DNA of 64,000 nucleotides from Candidatus Eiseniibacteriota bacterium (GCA_003235575.1 QJVW01000079.1:25525-89524); one strand, 5' to 3'; numbered from the stretch's first letter, positions 1-12,782 are shown. Notes: generated from the sequence alone by a model not told the origin. Program-made: numbers and translations.

Positions 1-1082
1 GCCGCCACGAGGTGCGGGCGTTTCTGCTCAGCAGCGCCCTCTTCTGGCTCGACCGGTATCACATCGACGGCATTCGCGTGGACGCCGTGGCCTCGATGTT
101 GTACCTCGACTACTCGCGCCGCGAGGGGGAGTGGATACCGAACGAACACGGCGGCCGGGAAAATCTCGAGGCGATCGGATTTCTTCGCGAGATGAACGAG
201 CGCGTGTACGGGGAGTATCCCGACGCGTTCACGACCGCCGAGGAATCGACGTCGTGGCCGATGGTCTCGCGTCCGCTCTACGTCGGAGGCCTGGGCTTCG
301 GATTCAAGTGGGATATGGGCTGGATGCACGACACGCTCACGTTCATGTCCAAGGACCCGATCCACCGCCGATTCCATCACCACGCGCTGACGTTCCGGAT
401 GATCTACGCCTACCACGAGAACTTCATGCTCCCGCTCTCCCACGACGAAATCGTGCACGGCAAGGGATCCCTGTTGGGGAAGATGCCCGGCGACGAGTGG
501 CAGCGCTTCGCCAACCTTCGCCTGATGCAGGCGTGGATGTATGCGCAACCCGGAAAGAAGCTTCTGTTCATGGGGGGCGAGTTCGGGCAGTACGCGGAGT
601 GGAGTCACGATCGGAGTCTGGATTGGCACCTGCTCGACCACGAGCCGCACCGCGGGGTGCAGCGGCTCATCGGAGATCTGAACCGGCTGTATCGGGAGCA
701 CCGCGCCCTGCATCAGTTCGATTGTGACAGCGCCGGGTTCGAGTGGGTCGACTGCACCGATCAGGACCAAAGCGTGGTCAGCTTTCTCCGGCGCGGGGAA
801 GATCCCGACGAGGCCGCTCTCTTCGTCTTCAACTTCACGCCGGTGCCCCGGCACAACTACCGGGTCGGCGTTCCCTGGCCCGGCGCGTGGCGCGAGATCC
901 TGAACACCGACGCCAGCCACTACGGTGGCAGCGGCCATGGCAACCTGGGCAACGTCGCGACCGCGCCGGTCTCCTTTCACGGCCGGGCGCAGTCGCTGAA
1001 CCTCGTCATCCCCCCGCTTGCCGCGGTGGCGTTTCTCGGCTCGCGGCATGGCGGCGCGCCGTCGGAGGGGCGCAGCGGGTGA
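1..1082 (+). CDS. glgB: 1,4-alpha-glucan branching enzyme, C-terminal part (5' truncated by window edge)
   Basis: GH13 GlgB motifs: [65 protein letters not shown]. Confidence 0.96.
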   Translation, partial: RHEVRAFLLSSALFWLDRYHIDGIRVDAVASMLYLDYSRREGEWIPNEHGGRENLEAIGFLREMNERVYGEYPDAFTTAEESTSWPMVSRPLYVGGLGFGFKWDMGWMHDTLTFMSKDPIHRRFHHHALTFRMIYAYHENFMLPLSHDEIVHGKGSLLGKMPGDEWQRFANLRLMQAWMYAQPGKKLLFMGGEFGQYAEWSHDRSLDWHLLDHEPHRGVQRLIGDLNRLYREHRALHQFDCDSAGFEWVDCTDQDQSVVSFLRRGEDPDEAALFVFNFTPVPRHNYRVGVPWPGAWREILNTDASHYGGSGHGNLGNVATAPVSFHGRAQSLNLVIPPLAAVAFLGSRHGGAPSEGRSG

Positions 1083-2959
1083 CGTGGACCGCCTCGCTGG
1101 GGGCGATACCGCAGTCGGAGGGGACGCGATTCCGACTCTGGGCCCCTAGCGCCCGCCGGGTCGAGGTCGTTCTCGAGAAGGGCGGCACGCGCCGCGCGGT
1201 GCCCCTGACGGCCTCCACGACCGGGATGTTCGGTGGGATGATTCCAAACGTCGGTCCGGGCGATCGGTACCACTACCGCGTGGACGACAACGACCCCATG
1301 CCCGATCCCGCCTCCCGGTCCCAGCCGGACGGCGTCCACGGCGCGTCGGAGGTGGTCGACCCCGCGGCGTTCGCGTGGAGCGACGGGTCGTGGGAGGGCG
1401 TCCCCCTGGAATCCCTGGTGCTGTACGAACTACACGTGGGGACGTTCACCCCGGAGGGGACCTTCGCCGCCGCGGCGGATCGGCTCCCGATGCTTCGCGA
1501 CCTGGGCGTCACCGCCATCGAACTGATGCCGCTCGCGGATTTCCCGGGCGCGCACAACTGGGGGTACGACGGCGCCGCGCTCTTCGCCCCCGCGCGGTGC
1601 TACGGCACGCCCGACGACGTGCGGCGATTCATCGATCGCGCGCACAGCCTCGGCCTGGCGGTGCACCTGGACATCGTGTTCAACCACTTGGGACCCGACG
1701 GCGCCTATCTCGCCGCCATCGCGCCGGCGGTCTTCTCCACCACGCACCGGAGCCCATGGGGAGCCGGCATCAATCTCGACGGGCCGGGGAGCGAGGGGGT
1801 TCGCTCGTTCTTCATCGAATGCGCGCTTCACTGGATCCACGAGTATCACCTCGACGGGCTGCGCCTGGACGCGACGCACGCCCTGGTGGACGAGAGCCCG
1901 CGGCATTTCCTGTCGGAACTGGCGGAGCGCGTGCGCTCCACCGTGCGGGGCCGGACGGTGCTGCTGATCGCGGAAGACGCGCGCAACCTCGCGGTGACCG
2001 TCCAGCCCGTGCATCGAGGCGGGTGGGGCATGGACGCCGTGTGGTCCGATGATTTCCACCATCTCATCCGGCGCATCCTGACGGGGGACCGCGAAGGCTA
2101 CTTCGTCGACTACACCGATCGCGTCGAGGACCTTGCCGCGGCGCTGAACCAGGGGTGGTTCTACACGGGCCAGTTCGCTCCCTACTTCAATGCGCCTCGA
2201 GGCACCGATCCGACCGGCATCGCGGCGCGGCGCTTCGTCATCTGCATCCAGAACCACGATCAGGTCGGCAACCGGGCGCACGGCGATCGGCTGCATCACG
2301 CGGCGTCCTTGCCGGCCTATCGAGCCGCGAGCGCCGTGTTGCTCTGCGCGCCGCAGACGCCGCTGCTCTTCATGGGGCAGGAGTGGGCGTGCTCGACGCC
2401 GTTCCAATTCTTCACGGACCACGCCGGGGAACTGGGGGAGCTGGTCCGCACGGGTCGCGCCCGCGAGTTCGAACGATTTCCCTCGTTCGCGGAGCCGTCG
2501 GCGCGATCGCGCATCCCCGATCCCCAGGCAACCGAGACGTTCGTGCGAAGCCGCCTCCAGTGGTCGGAGCGCGAGCGATCCCCCCACCGGGAGACGCTCC
2601 AGCTCTACGCCGACCTTCTGGAGCGCCGCCGCACCGAACCGGCGCTGAACAGCGCGGGCGATGCCAGCGGCGCGGCCCGCGCGCTCGACGCGCAGACGCT
2701 GCTCCTGCTGCGGAGGGCGCCGGAGGGCCATGACCTGCTCCTGATCGCACGGTTGCGCGGGGCGGGGACCGTCACGCTCACCGCCGAGGACGCCGGCTCG
2801 GGTTCGGAGCCTTGGGAGCTCATCCTCGACACCGAGGATCCCCGGTACGCGCCGGATCCCCGGCCGATCGAGCTGTCGGGCGCCGCCGGCGCCGTGCAAA
2901 TCCACTTCACGCGCCCCGGCGCGATCCTCCTTCGCCGCGAAGGAAGTGAGACGGGATGA
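1079..2959 (+). CDS. treZ: Malto-oligosyltrehalose trehalohydrolase
   Basis: FRLWAP start region, [37 protein letters not shown]. Start taken at GTG 1079, which overlaps the glgB stop (GTGA), rather than the ORF-track start at 743. Confidence 0.93.
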   Translation: MTWTASLGAIPQSEGTRFRLWAPSARRVEVVLEKGGTRRAVPLTASTTGMFGGMIPNVGPGDRYHYRVDDNDPMPDPASRSQPDGVHGASEVVDPAAFAWSDGSWEGVPLESLVLYELHVGTFTPEGTFAAAADRLPMLRDLGVTAIELMPLADFPGAHNWGYDGAALFAPARCYGTPDDVRRFIDRAHSLGLAVHLDIVFNHLGPDGAYLAAIAPAVFSTTHRSPWGAGINLDGPGSEGVRSFFIECALHWIHEYHLDGLRLDATHALVDESPRHFLSELAERVRSTVRGRTVLLIAEDARNLAVTVQPVHRGGWGMDAVWSDDFHHLIRRILTGDREGYFVDYTDRVEDLAAALNQGWFYTGQFAPYFNAPRGTDPTGIAARRFVICIQNHDQVGNRAHGDRLHHAASLPAYRAASAVLLCAPQTPLLFMGQEWACSTPFQFFTDHAGELGELVRTGRAREFERFPSFAEPSARSRIPDPQATETFVRSRLQWSERERSPHRETLQLYADLLERRRTEPALNSAGDASGAARALDAQTLLLLRRAPEGHDLLLIARLRGAGTVTLTAEDAGSGSEPWELILDTEDPRYAPDPRPIELSGAAGAVQIHFTRPGAILLRREGSETG

Positions 2960-5889
2960 CCACCGATACGGAGGCGAGGGCCACGCCGCGCGGCGAGGCG
3001 TACGACCGGGCGTCCACCGAAATACCCGGCGCCACGTATCGACTGCAATTGGGTCCCGCGTTCGGCTTCGCGAAGGCGGAGGAGTTTCTCCCCTACCTCG
3101 CTCGGCTCGGGGTCACCGATCTCTACCTCTCGCCGATCTTCGCCGCGTCGCCGGGCAGCGAACACGGCTACGACGTCACCGATCACAACGCGATCAGCGC
3201 GGTGCTGGGCGGCGCGCCCGCCTTCGCTTCCCTGGGGGCGGCGCTGCGCCGGGCGGGGATGGGCCAGGTCATCGACGTCGTCCCCAATCACATGGGCGTC
3301 GGGCACCCCCGTTCCAACGCCTGGTGGTGGGACGTCCTCGAAAACGGCGAGTGCTCGCCGTATGCGCGGTACTTCGATATCGACTGGCGACCGGTGAAGG
3401 ACGAGCTGCGCGACAAGGTGCTCCTTCCGGTGTTGGGCGATCAGTACGGACACGTCCTGGAGCGTGGAGAGCTCACGCTCGCGCTCGGGCGCGGGACGCT
3501 CACGCTTCGCTATTTCGACCACGAATTCCCCGTGAATCCGCGGACCATCCCCGACATCCTGCGTCCCGGGTTGGATGACGGCCGGAGCCGTCTGGCGCGC
3601 GACGATCCCGATCGCGGCGAGTTCCTGAGCGTGCTGACGTCGCTCGAGAACCTCCCGACGCGTCTCGAAACGGATCCGGAGCGCATCGCCGAGCGGCAGC
3701 GGGAAAAGGAGGTGGCTCGCCATCGCCTGGAGCAACTGCTGGAGCGTTCGGCGCCGCTCCGCGCCTTCGTGGAGGACCGGATTCGCGCCTGCAACGGGGA
3801 GCCGGGACATCCGGGAAGTTTCGACGCGCTCCACGTCGTGCTGGAACGACAGGCGTACCGCTTGGCGTACTGGCGGACGGCCTTCCACGAGATCAACTAC
3901 CGACGGTTCTTCGATGTGAACTCGCTCGCCAGTCTGCGCGTGGAGGAGCCCGAGGCGTTCCAAGCGAGCCATCGGCTTCTGCTGGACCTCCTTCGGTCGG
4001 GGCCCCCGACCGGTGTGCGGCTCGATCATCTCGACGGACTGAACGACCCGGGCGCCTACGTCCGGCAGCTGCGGGACGCCGGGCGCCGCGAGCCGGACGA
4101 CGGGGACGGGGCGCCGCTCTACCTCCTTGCCGAGAAGATCTTCCACCCCGGCGAGGACCTTCCACCCGCCTGGGGGCTCCACGGCACGACGGGCTACGAT
4201 TACCTGGCGGAGTCGGATGGGCTCTACGTGGATCCGGTCGGATGGCGCGCCCTCCACACGTTCTACCGGCGGTTCACGCGGCGGGAGGGATCGTTCGAAG
4301 AGGTCATCTACGATAGCAAGCGCGCCGTGCTCGAGAGCACGCTGGCGAGCGAGCTGAACCTTCTGGCGCACGACCTGAATCGACTCTCGGAGGGGGATCG
4401 GCGGACCCGCGATTTCACGCTGAACAGCCTCCGGGACATGCTGGTCGAGGTGATCGCGTGCTTCCCCGTCTATCGAACGTACATCGAGCGGGGACGACAT
4501 CGGCCGGAGGATCGCGCGGTGATCGAGCGGGCCGTTGCTTCGGCGCGTCGCCGGAATCCCGCGATGGACACGTCGATCTTCGACTTCTTCGTCGCCGTGA
4601 TGCTCGACGACGCCCCGCCGGACCTTCCGGAGACGGAGCGGGCCGCGCGCCGCGACTTCACGATGAAGTTTCAGCAGTACACCGGGCCGGCGCAGGCGAA
4701 GGGCGTCGAAGACACCGCGTTCTACCGACATGTCGTGTTGGTGTCGCGCAACGAGGTCGGGGGCGCTCCCGACCGGCCCACCCTTACCCCCGCGGCCTAC
4801 CACGCCCGCGCGCTGGAGCGCCGGGCCCGCTGGCCGCATGGCATGCTTGCCACCAGCACGCACGACACGAAACGCTCGGAGGACGTGCGCGCCCGGCTGA
4901 ACGTCCTGTCGGAGTTGGCCGGCCCCTGGACCAAGGAAGTGAGCCGCTGGGCGCGTCTCCATGGCGTGAACCGGAGTCGCGTCGAGGGGGAGCGGGCGCC
5001 CGATCGGGGGGACGAGTACCTGTTCTACCAGACCCTGATCGGCATCTGGCCGTTCGGAACCGTCGACGTGGAGGCGCTGGTCGGTCGATTGAAGGAGTAC
5101 ATGCGCAAGGCGATCCGTGAAGCGAAGCTCCACACCAGCTGGATTCACGAACACCTGGACTATGAGCGTGCCGTGGACGATTTCGTGGAGCGAACCCTTC
5201 GCGGCCCGACGGCGCCGGCCTTCCTGGAATCGTTTCTGCCGTTCCAGGCGCGCGTGGCGGCCTGCGGAGCGACCAACTCCCTGTCGCAGCTCCTGCTGAA
5301 GCTCGTCGCTCCCGGCGTGCCGGACCTCTATCAGGGGACCGAGCTCTGGTCCCTGGCGCTGGTGGACCCGGATAATCGGCGTCCGGTCGACTACGCCCTT
5401 CGGGACGCGATGATGCCCGGCGTCGACGCCGCGCTCGATCCGAAGCGATCGCCCGAGGAACGGGCGGCGGCGATCGCGGACGCGTTGGGCCGGTGGGAGG
5501 ACGGGGGCGTGAAGCTGCTGGTGACGGCCGCGGGGCTGCGGCTACGCCGTGCGTGCGCGCCGCTCTTCCGTGAGGGGGACTACGTCCCGCTGGAGGTCGA
5601 GGGAGCGCGCGCGGAGCACATCACCGCGCTCGCCCGCCGCCACGGCGATGCCGTGATCGTCGCCGCCGCGCCGCGCTTGACCGCGTCGTTCCCTCGGCAG
5701 GGCGTGCACCTCGACACGGCCGCCTGGGGCGACACGCGCGTGATCCTGCCGCCGGATATCGCGGGCCGCTCGTACGAGGACCGCCTCACCGGAGCATCCC
5801 GCGCCGCCGTTCCGTCGGAAGGACGGTCCGCCATATCGGCGGCGTCGCTCTTCGCGTCGTTTCCCGTGGCCCTCCTGAAGGCCACGTAG
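2956..5889 (+). CDS. treY: Malto-oligosyltrehalose synthase
   Basis: ATYRLQ, SEHGYDV, DVVPNHM, YRRFFDVNSL, VRLDHLDGL, STHDTKRSED, PDLYQGTE; ATGA overlap with treZ. Confidence 0.95.
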   Translation: MTTDTEARATPRGEAYDRASTEIPGATYRLQLGPAFGFAKAEEFLPYLARLGVTDLYLSPIFAASPGSEHGYDVTDHNAISAVLGGAPAFASLGAALRRAGMGQVIDVVPNHMGVGHPRSNAWWWDVLENGECSPYARYFDIDWRPVKDELRDKVLLPVLGDQYGHVLERGELTLALGRGTLTLRYFDHEFPVNPRTIPDILRPGLDDGRSRLARDDPDRGEFLSVLTSLENLPTRLETDPERIAERQREKEVARHRLEQLLERSAPLRAFVEDRIRACNGEPGHPGSFDALHVVLERQAYRLAYWRTAFHEINYRRFFDVNSLASLRVEEPEAFQASHRLLLDLLRSGPPTGVRLDHLDGLNDPGAYVRQLRDAGRREPDDGDGAPLYLLAEKIFHPGEDLPPAWGLHGTTGYDYLAESDGLYVDPVGWRALHTFYRRFTRREGSFEEVIYDSKRAVLESTLASELNLLAHDLNRLSEGDRRTRDFTLNSLRDMLVEVIACFPVYRTYIERGRHRPEDRAVIERAVASARRRNPAMDTSIFDFFVAVMLDDAPPDLPETERAARRDFTMKFQQYTGPAQAKGVEDTAFYRHVVLVSRNEVGGAPDRPTLTPAAYHARALERRARWPHGMLATSTHDTKRSEDVRARLNVLSELAGPWTKEVSRWARLHGVNRSRVEGERAPDRGDEYLFYQTLIGIWPFGTVDVEALVGRLKEYMRKAIREAKLHTSWIHEHLDYERAVDDFVERTLRGPTAPAFLESFLPFQARVAACGATNSLSQLLLKLVAPGVPDLYQGTELWSLALVDPDNRRPVDYALRDAMMPGVDAALDPKRSPEERAAAIADALGRWEDGGVKLLVTAAGLRLRRACAPLFREGDYVPLEVEGARAEHITALARRHGDAVIVAAAPRLTASFPRQGVHLDTAAWGDTRVILPPDIAGRSYEDRLTGASRAAVPSEGRSAISAASLFASFPVALLKAT

Positions 5890-5938
5890 TCGCGGGCCGC
5901 CACACCCCACGGCCCGCCGTCGTCCCGCCCGCGCGGGG

Positions 5939-7222
<1,284 letters not shown>

Positions 7223-7256
7223 GGTGCGCTCTCCTTCTGCCGCGGCGGACGCGGCC

Positions 7257-9008
7257 TTATGTCGTGTCCCGCCCGCCGTCCTCCGAATGAAGGCGCCGGT
7301 GGGCCGGGTAGGGAAAGATGTCGGGCACGATACCCCGCCGGTGAACGTCCTGGGCCCGCCGCCAGAAGTCGGGCGTGAGCAGCTCGCCGTGCGCGGCGAG
7401 AAAGCACTCCCGCAGATCGCCGCGCAGACCCAGAAACGCCGAGAACTCCTCGGGGAAAATGTCGTGTTCTCCTACAAAATACCACGGTTCGGAGGACACT
7501 TCCTCTTCGGATGTTGTGGCGGCGGGCAGGTCGCGAAATCGGCAGTCGGTCAGCAGGCAGAGCTCGTCGTAGTCGTAGAAGATGACGCGCCCGTGCCGGG
7601 AGACGCCGAAGTTCTTCAGCAGCATGTCCCCGGGAAAGATATTGGTGTCCGCCAGGTCGCGCATCACCTGCCCGTAGTCGAGCACGGCGGCGCGCGCCAG
7701 GTCCGGCGGCGCCTCGCGGAGGTAGACGTCGAGGGGGATCAACTGTCGCTCGGTATAGAGATGCCGGAACGTCACCTGGCCGTCCCAAACCGTCACCGTC
7801 TCCGACGCTTCCGACACCAGTTCCTCCAAGAGACCGGGCTCGAACCGTTCCGTCGGGAACACCAGGTGCTCGAACTCCTGCGCGTCCACCAGCCGACCCG
7901 CGCGGTCGTGCCGGAACACGAGGCGGTACTTGTCGCGGACTTCCTCGCGCGTCACGCTCTTCGGGGGCGGGAAGCGATCCCGGATCACCTTGAACACGAC
8001 CTCGAATCCCTCGAGGGCGAACACGATCATGACCATGCCGCGCTGCCCGCGGGCGACGTGGAACCGCCCGTCGGTGGTCTGGAGATGCTGGACCAGCCAG
8101 CGATACAGCTCGGTCTTCCCGTGGCGGTGGAAGCCGATCGAGGTCCACAGGTCGGGAATCGGCTTCTGCGGCAACAGCACGGAGAGAAAGTCGATCATCT
8201 CCTTGGGACGGTCCACCTCCACGAAGAAGTAGGCGTGCGCGAAACTGAAGATCACGCTGAGTTCCTCTTCGCGGAGCAGGGCCGCGTCGACGCGGATGCG
8301 GCCCTCCGGATTGCGCAGCGCGAGGAGCAGGGGATAGGAGGCATCCCCGGCGTGGATGAGACCGATGAGGTACGCCCCCTTTCCGCGAAAGAAGGGCTCG
8401 CGGACCATCTCGATGGCGTCGATCGGGACGTTCTTCAGATGGCGTTCAATGGCCGCCGCGGCGCGATCGGCGTCCCCATGGATGTCTTCCCAGGGAAGTC
8501 GAAGCGCCGACGCCTGGAAGGCGCGGCGCAGCGCTCCGGCGGTTCCCGCCGTCGCGTCGTGTCGATGCGTGAAACTCCAGGGCGGCCCGTAGCGACGCGG
8601 CGACGCGCCGGGGCGGACGAACTCAGCCAGGGGATCGACGCCGACCGTGTGGAAGACCCGCCGGACGATGGAATTGAAGTACGTCTCGGCGAGATCCCGC
8701 TCGGAGGGGGCGATGGGCTGTCGATCGAACGCGTCGCGAACGGCGCGCCACGTCGTCCGATCCGAGGCGCGGGATCCCAGAATCGCCCCCATCGCATCGA
8801 GGCTCTGGGCGATGCAGGCGCCGTAGAGATCCAACCGCCGTTTCGGATTCCGGTGCACCGCAGCGCCGGCGCTCCGCTCGAAGTGCGTGCGCGCCTCGCG
8901 GGTCAGCACGCGGAATCGATCGAGGTACCGATCGAATCCCTCGGCGATGGCGCGCGCCGCCGCGTGCGCGAGGGCGGGGGGGTCGGACTCCTGGCTGGTC
9001 GGGGTCAT
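7257..9008 (-). CDS. aceK: Isocitrate dehydrogenase kinase/phosphatase
   Basis: AETYFNS, FYRGKG-like [70 protein letters not shown]. Confidence 0.93.
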   Translation of the reverse strand: MTPTSQESDPPALAHAAARAIAEGFDRYLDRFRVLTREARTHFERSAGAAVHRNPKRRLDLYGACIAQSLDAMGAILGSRASDRTTWRAVRDAFDRQPIAPSERDLAETYFNSIVRRVFHTVGVDPLAEFVRPGASPRRYGPPWSFTHRHDATAGTAGALRRAFQASALRLPWEDIHGDADRAAAAIERHLKNVPIDAIEMVREPFFRGKGAYLIGLIHAGDASYPLLLALRNPEGRIRVDAALLREEELSVIFSFAHAYFFVEVDRPKEMIDFLSVLLPQKPIPDLWTSIGFHRHGKTELYRWLVQHLQTTDGRFHVARGQRGMVMIVFALEGFEVVFKVIRDRFPPPKSVTREEVRDKYRLVFRHDRAGRLVDAQEFEHLVFPTERFEPGLLEELVSEASETVTVWDGQVTFRHLYTERQLIPLDVYLREAPPDLARAAVLDYGQVMRDLADTNIFPGDMLLKNFGVSRHGRVIFYDYDELCLLTDCRFRDLPAATTSEEEVSSEPWYFVGEHDIFPEEFSAFLGLRGDLRECFLAAHGELLTPDFWRRAQDVHRRGIVPDIFPYPAHRRLHSEDGGRDTT

Positions 9009-9109
9009 GGTGGAGTTCTAGTGTACCCAACGTTCGGCGGGCGCGCGAGGGCGGCGGTGGGACGATTCCGTGGATGACCACGTCCCCCCGGCGGAGTAGA
9101 GTTGTTTCC

Positions 9110-9661
9110 ATGATGCGCCACGATGAATGTCCGCCGCCTGCAACGTGCGCTGGACCGGGTTCGGGAGGAATCGTCCCGCGTCGAGGCGTCGTACGCTCCG
9201 TGGCCGCGCTGCTCGTGGCGGCGGTCGTCGGCACCGGGTGTCAGGCGCCGGCTCCTGCTTTCTTGACCGATGCCGACCGGGCGGCGCTGGCGCGGGGCGC
9301 GGAGGCATGGGCCCAAGCGGCCGAGGCCGGAGATCCCGCCGCGCTCGGGGCCCTGTACGTCGAGGATGCGGTGGTGCTGCCTCCGAACCAGGGAGTCGTA
9401 TCCGGTCGCGCCGCCATCGAGACACACTTCGGCGCATTTCCGCCGCTTTCGAACGTACGGCTCGACCAGATCGAAGTGGAGGGATCCGGCGACGTCGCCT
9501 ACGTGCGTGGCCGCTACGCGATGACGATCCACGTGCCGGGCGCATCGGAGCCCACATCGGATCAAGGCAAGTACCTCGAGATCTGGAAGAAACAGGCGGA
9601 CGGCTCGTGGATGATCGCGCGCGATATGTACAGTTCGGACCTGGCGGCCACCGGACCGTGA
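9110..9661 (+). CDS. Probable lipoprotein with SnoaL/NTF2-like (DUF4440/YybH-type) domain
   Basis: Lipobox-like VVGTGC; LYVEDAVVLPP...GRAAI; GDVAYVRGRY; GKYLEIWKKQADGSWMIARDMYS. Start uncertain (9074 or 9110). Confidence 0.75.
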   Translation: MMRHDECPPPATCAGPGSGGIVPRRGVVRSVAALLVAAVVGTGCQAPAPAFLTDADRAALARGAEAWAQAAEAGDPAALGALYVEDAVVLPPNQGVVSGRAAIETHFGAFPPLSNVRLDQIEVEGSGDVAYVRGRYAMTIHVPGASEPTSDQGKYLEIWKKQADGSWMIARDMYSSDLAATGP

Positions 9662-9667
9662 GGCATC

Positions 9668-11941
9668 ATGATCGGTAGGACGCTCGGCAGTTTCACGATC
9701 CTCGCCAAGATCGGCGAGGGTGGCATGGGCGAGGTCTATCGGGCGCGCGACGCGCGGCTCGACCGGGAGGTCGCGCTCAAGGTGCTTCCCCCCGACGTCG
9801 CGGGGGACGCGGGCCGTCGGCGGAGGTTCGAGCGCGAGGCCCGCGCCGCCGCCGCGCTCAACCATCCCCACATCGTGACCATTCATTCCGTCGAAGAGGA
9901 AGACGGCACGATGTTCCTCACGATGGAACTCGTCGCCGGCCAACCGCTCTCGGATCGAATTCCCGCCGGGGGCATTCCGACCGTCGAACTGCTCCCGCTG
10001 GCGATCGGCATGGTCGACGCGGTGGCCGCCGCGCACGAGCGGGGGATCATCCACCGCGATCTGAAGCCCGGGAACATCCTCGTCGATGGCGGCGGGCAGA
10101 TCAAGGTGCTCGACTTCGGACTCGCCCGGATGACGGCCCCCCCGTCGGACGGCGCGGCGGACGTCACGAACACCGCGACCGAGGCGGGGATCGCGATGGG
10201 CACCTACCCCTACATGAGCCCCGAACAGGCGCTTGGTCGGACCGTCGACGCGCGGAGCGATCTGTTCAGCCTGGGCGCCGTCCTCTACGAGATGGCGACG
10301 GGGCGCCGCCCGTTTCGAGGCTCCACGGCCGTCGAGGTCGTCGGGAAGATCCTCCATCAGGCGCCGGACCCGGTCGCGTCGGACGAGAGTTCGGGGCGCG
10401 ATTCGCTGGCGCGCGTGATCTGGAAGTGTCTGGAGAAGGACGTCGACCGCCGTTACCAGACCGCGCGGGACCTCCTGGCGGACCTGCGCAATCTCGCGCG
10501 GGACGTGGAGGAGCGGGGCGCCGCCCCGGCGCCATCGGCGCCTACCGACGCGCGCATCGATTCGATCGCCATCGTTCCGTTCGAGAACGAGACCGCCGAT
10601 CCCGAGGCGGAATTCCTGTGCGACGGACTCGCCGAGAGCCTGATCAACACGCTATCGCAGCTTCCGAGGCTTCGCGTGATCTCGCGAACATCCAGTTTCG
10701 CGTTCAAGGGGAAGCAGTCGGATCCGCGGCGCGTCGGTCAGGATCTTCGGGTCGGCGCCGTGCTCGTCGGTCGGATGACGCAGCGCCAGGGACGACTGGT
10801 GGTGAGCGCCGAGCTCGTGGACGTCCGCGACAGCCGGCAGCTCTGGGGCGGCCGCTTCAATCGTCCGCTGACCGACTACTTCGATATCGAGGCGGATCTT
10901 GCTGAGGTCATTTCGGGCAAATTGGCCCTCACCCTTTCCCCCGAGGAGCAGTCGAAGCTGAAGCGCCGCCACACCGACGATCCGCAGGCCTACCAGCTCT
11001 ACCTCATGGGCCGGCAGTTCATGGTGGGCACGCCGGACCAAATGGCCCGCTCGCTGCGCTATTTCCGCGAAGCGCTGGAGCGCGAGCCGGACTACGCGCT
11101 GGCGCACGCCGCCCTCGCCGAGGCCTACGTCATCCAGGTCGTGCATGGCGTCCACTCCCGGGAGGAGGGGCTGCGCGTCGCAAGGGCCGCGATGGCCCGC
11201 GCCCTGGAACTCGATCCCCATCTCGCCGAAGCGTATACCGTGCAGGGCATGATCGCCGCCACGTTCGACTGGGATTGGGCGACCGCCGAGGCCGCGCACC
11301 GTCGCGCCATCGCCCTGAGCCCGGGGAGCAGCGTGGCGCGCCTGGAGTTCGCCGACTTCCTCTGCGCGACGGATCGTGCCGAGGAGGCGCTCGCCGAGGG
11401 GCTGGAGGCGCAGCGGCTCGATCCGCTTTCGGCGGGGACGACGCACTGGGTCGCCTTTTGCCTGCTTTGCATGGGGGACTACGACGGCGCCATCCGCGAG
11501 TTCAAGAAGGCGCTGGCCCTCTACCCGCATTGGGTCTGGGGGTGGATCAAGATGTCGTTCGCGCACACGAGGAAGGGGGCGCACGCGGAGGGGCTGGAGG
11601 CGGCGAACCGCGCCGAGGTCGAGAGCGGCGGGAAAGCGAGCCCGTTGGCGAAATCCTGGATCGCCTACGCCTGCTTCCATTGCGGCGACCCCGAGAAGGG
11701 GCGCGCCATGTACGCGGATCTCCTGACCCCGGGCGCCGAGGATCCGGTCGATTCGCTCATCATGGGAGTGGCGCACGCGGTTCTGGGGGACGCGGATGCG
11801 AGCTTCGCGTCCCTGGAGCGCGCCTTCGAGGAACGCTCGCCGAGCTTGTACTTCCTGAAGCTCCTTCCGCGCCTGTACCCCGAATTCCCGGCCAGCGACC
11901 CGCGCTTCGCGTCGCTCCTGCGGCGGATGCACTTGATCTGA
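9668..11941 (+). CDS. Hanks-type Ser/Thr protein kinase with TolB-like and TPR domains
   Basis: IGEGGMGEVY, VALK, HRDLKPGN, DFG, YMSPEQ, SDLFSLG; then SIAIVPFEN...LRVISRTSSF and TPR repeats. Confidence 0.92.
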   Translation: MIGRTLGSFTILAKIGEGGMGEVYRARDARLDREVALKVLPPDVAGDAGRRRRFEREARAAAALNHPHIVTIHSVEEEDGTMFLTMELVAGQPLSDRIPAGGIPTVELLPLAIGMVDAVAAAHERGIIHRDLKPGNILVDGGGQIKVLDFGLARMTAPPSDGAADVTNTATEAGIAMGTYPYMSPEQALGRTVDARSDLFSLGAVLYEMATGRRPFRGSTAVEVVGKILHQAPDPVASDESSGRDSLARVIWKCLEKDVDRRYQTARDLLADLRNLARDVEERGAAPAPSAPTDARIDSIAIVPFENETADPEAEFLCDGLAESLINTLSQLPRLRVISRTSSFAFKGKQSDPRRVGQDLRVGAVLVGRMTQRQGRLVVSAELVDVRDSRQLWGGRFNRPLTDYFDIEADLAEVISGKLALTLSPEEQSKLKRRHTDDPQAYQLYLMGRQFMVGTPDQMARSLRYFREALEREPDYALAHAALAEAYVIQVVHGVHSREEGLRVARAAMARALELDPHLAEAYTVQGMIAATFDWDWATAEAAHRRAIALSPGSSVARLEFADFLCATDRAEEALAEGLEAQRLDPLSAGTTHWVAFCLLCMGDYDGAIREFKKALALYPHWVWGWIKMSFAHTRKGAHAEGLEAANRAEVESGGKASPLAKSWIAYACFHCGDPEKGRAMYADLLTPGAEDPVDSLIMGVAHAVLGDADASFASLERAFEERSPSLYFLKLLPRLYPEFPASDPRFASLLRRMHLI

Positions 11942-12049
11942 CCGTCGCGCGCTCGTCGTACCCCCCTCCGCACGACGCCTACCATGGTCGCCCATCCGGC
12001 TCCGACCAGGGCGACCACCGGACCGGGATGCCGCCCCTCCGGGTCATGC

Positions 12050-12084
12050 TTGAATCACCATTCAAAGATTGACGCGTGGTTCAA
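12050..12084. promoter_or_regulatory. Tandem 16-bp palindromes, candidate TetR operators
   Basis: TTGAATCACCATTCAA (12050-12065, 6-4-6 perfect arms) and TTGACGCGTGGTTCAA (12069-12084), immediately upstream of GGAGG (12091-12095) and the TetR start. Confidence 0.6.
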
Positions 12085-12101
12085 CCCGCCGGAGGCGTCT
12101 C

Positions 12102-12782
12102 GTGTCCCTGTCCGCGTCACCGCCGTCATCGCGCGTTCGCGCCAAGCGTGAGCGCCGCCGCGAGGAGATCCTCCATGCCGCGCTGCGGGCATTCCGGGAG
12201 CGCGGCTACCATGCGACCACGCTGGACGACATCGCCGGACGCCTGGGCGTGCGCAACACCGCGCTCTACCACTACTTTCCGGACAAGGAAGCGATCCTCT
12301 ACCGGTGTCACCGCGAATCGCTCGGGGAACTCGACCGCATTCTCTCCGAGGCGCGCCGGCTTCCCACGCCGCGCGAGCGCTTGACGCACGTCATTCGCGA
12401 ACACGTCCGCGTCATGATCGAAACACTGGAAGGATCGCCCCTGGCCTTCGAGGTCACCTCCCTCTCCCCGCGGCGGCAGGCGTCGATCATCGCCGCGCGG
12501 GACCGGTACGAGCGGTCCGTCCGGCGCATCGTGGAGGAGGGAATCCGCCGGGGAGCGTTCCGCGGCGTCGACGCGAAGGTCGCGGTCTTCGCCATTTTGG
12601 GCGCCATCAACTGGATCGCGCGCTGGTATCGCCCTGGAGGCGCCCTCCGGGCGAGTGACTTGGGCGAACAGTTCGCGGATCAATTGCTCGGCGGTCTGGG
12701 GGTCGGCCCGCCGTCGCGGTCGGCCGTACGGTCCCGACCCCGGCGAGAGAACGGTGTGCACTCAGGGAGGAAGCGAGCATGA
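12102..12782 (+). CDS. TetR/AcrR family transcriptional regulator heading the benzoyl-CoA operon
   Basis: HTH FRERGYHATTLDDIAGRLGVRNTALYHYFPDKEAIL; C-terminal GAINWIARWYRPGG. GTG 12102 has a GGAGG SD; the stop overlaps had (ATGA). Confidence 0.9.
   Translation: MSLSASPPSSRVRAKRERRREEILHAALRAFRERGYHATTLDDIAGRLGVRNTALYHYFPDKEAILYRCHRESLGELDRILSEARRLPTPRERLTHVIREHVRVMIETLEGSPLAFEVTSLSPRRQASIIAARDRYERSVRRIVEEGIRRGAFRGVDAKVAVFAILGAINWIARWYRPGGALRASDLGEQFADQLLGGLGVGPPSRSAVRSRPRRENGVHSGRKRA

Noticed and set aside
743-1078. ORF-track 5' extensions (treZ from 743; likewise oah from 13776, bcrD from 19288, fusion cytochrome from 27701, HK from 46973, receptor from 55831, rlpA from 58906)
   Set aside because: The extensions overlap neighbouring genes and translate as Arg/Pro-rich noise; downstream starts have SD sites or stop/start overlaps
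2605-5154. 849-aa minus-strand ORF; similar long antisense ORFs at 6933-9077, 16452-18995, 28166-30631 and 50239-52242
   Set aside because: Each lies opposite a well-supported gene and has no recognisable motifs; long shadow ORFs are expected in high-GC DNA
12069-12101. TTG start of TetR at 12069
   Set aside because: It falls inside the second palindrome and lacks an SD; GTG 12102 has GGAGG at normal spacing
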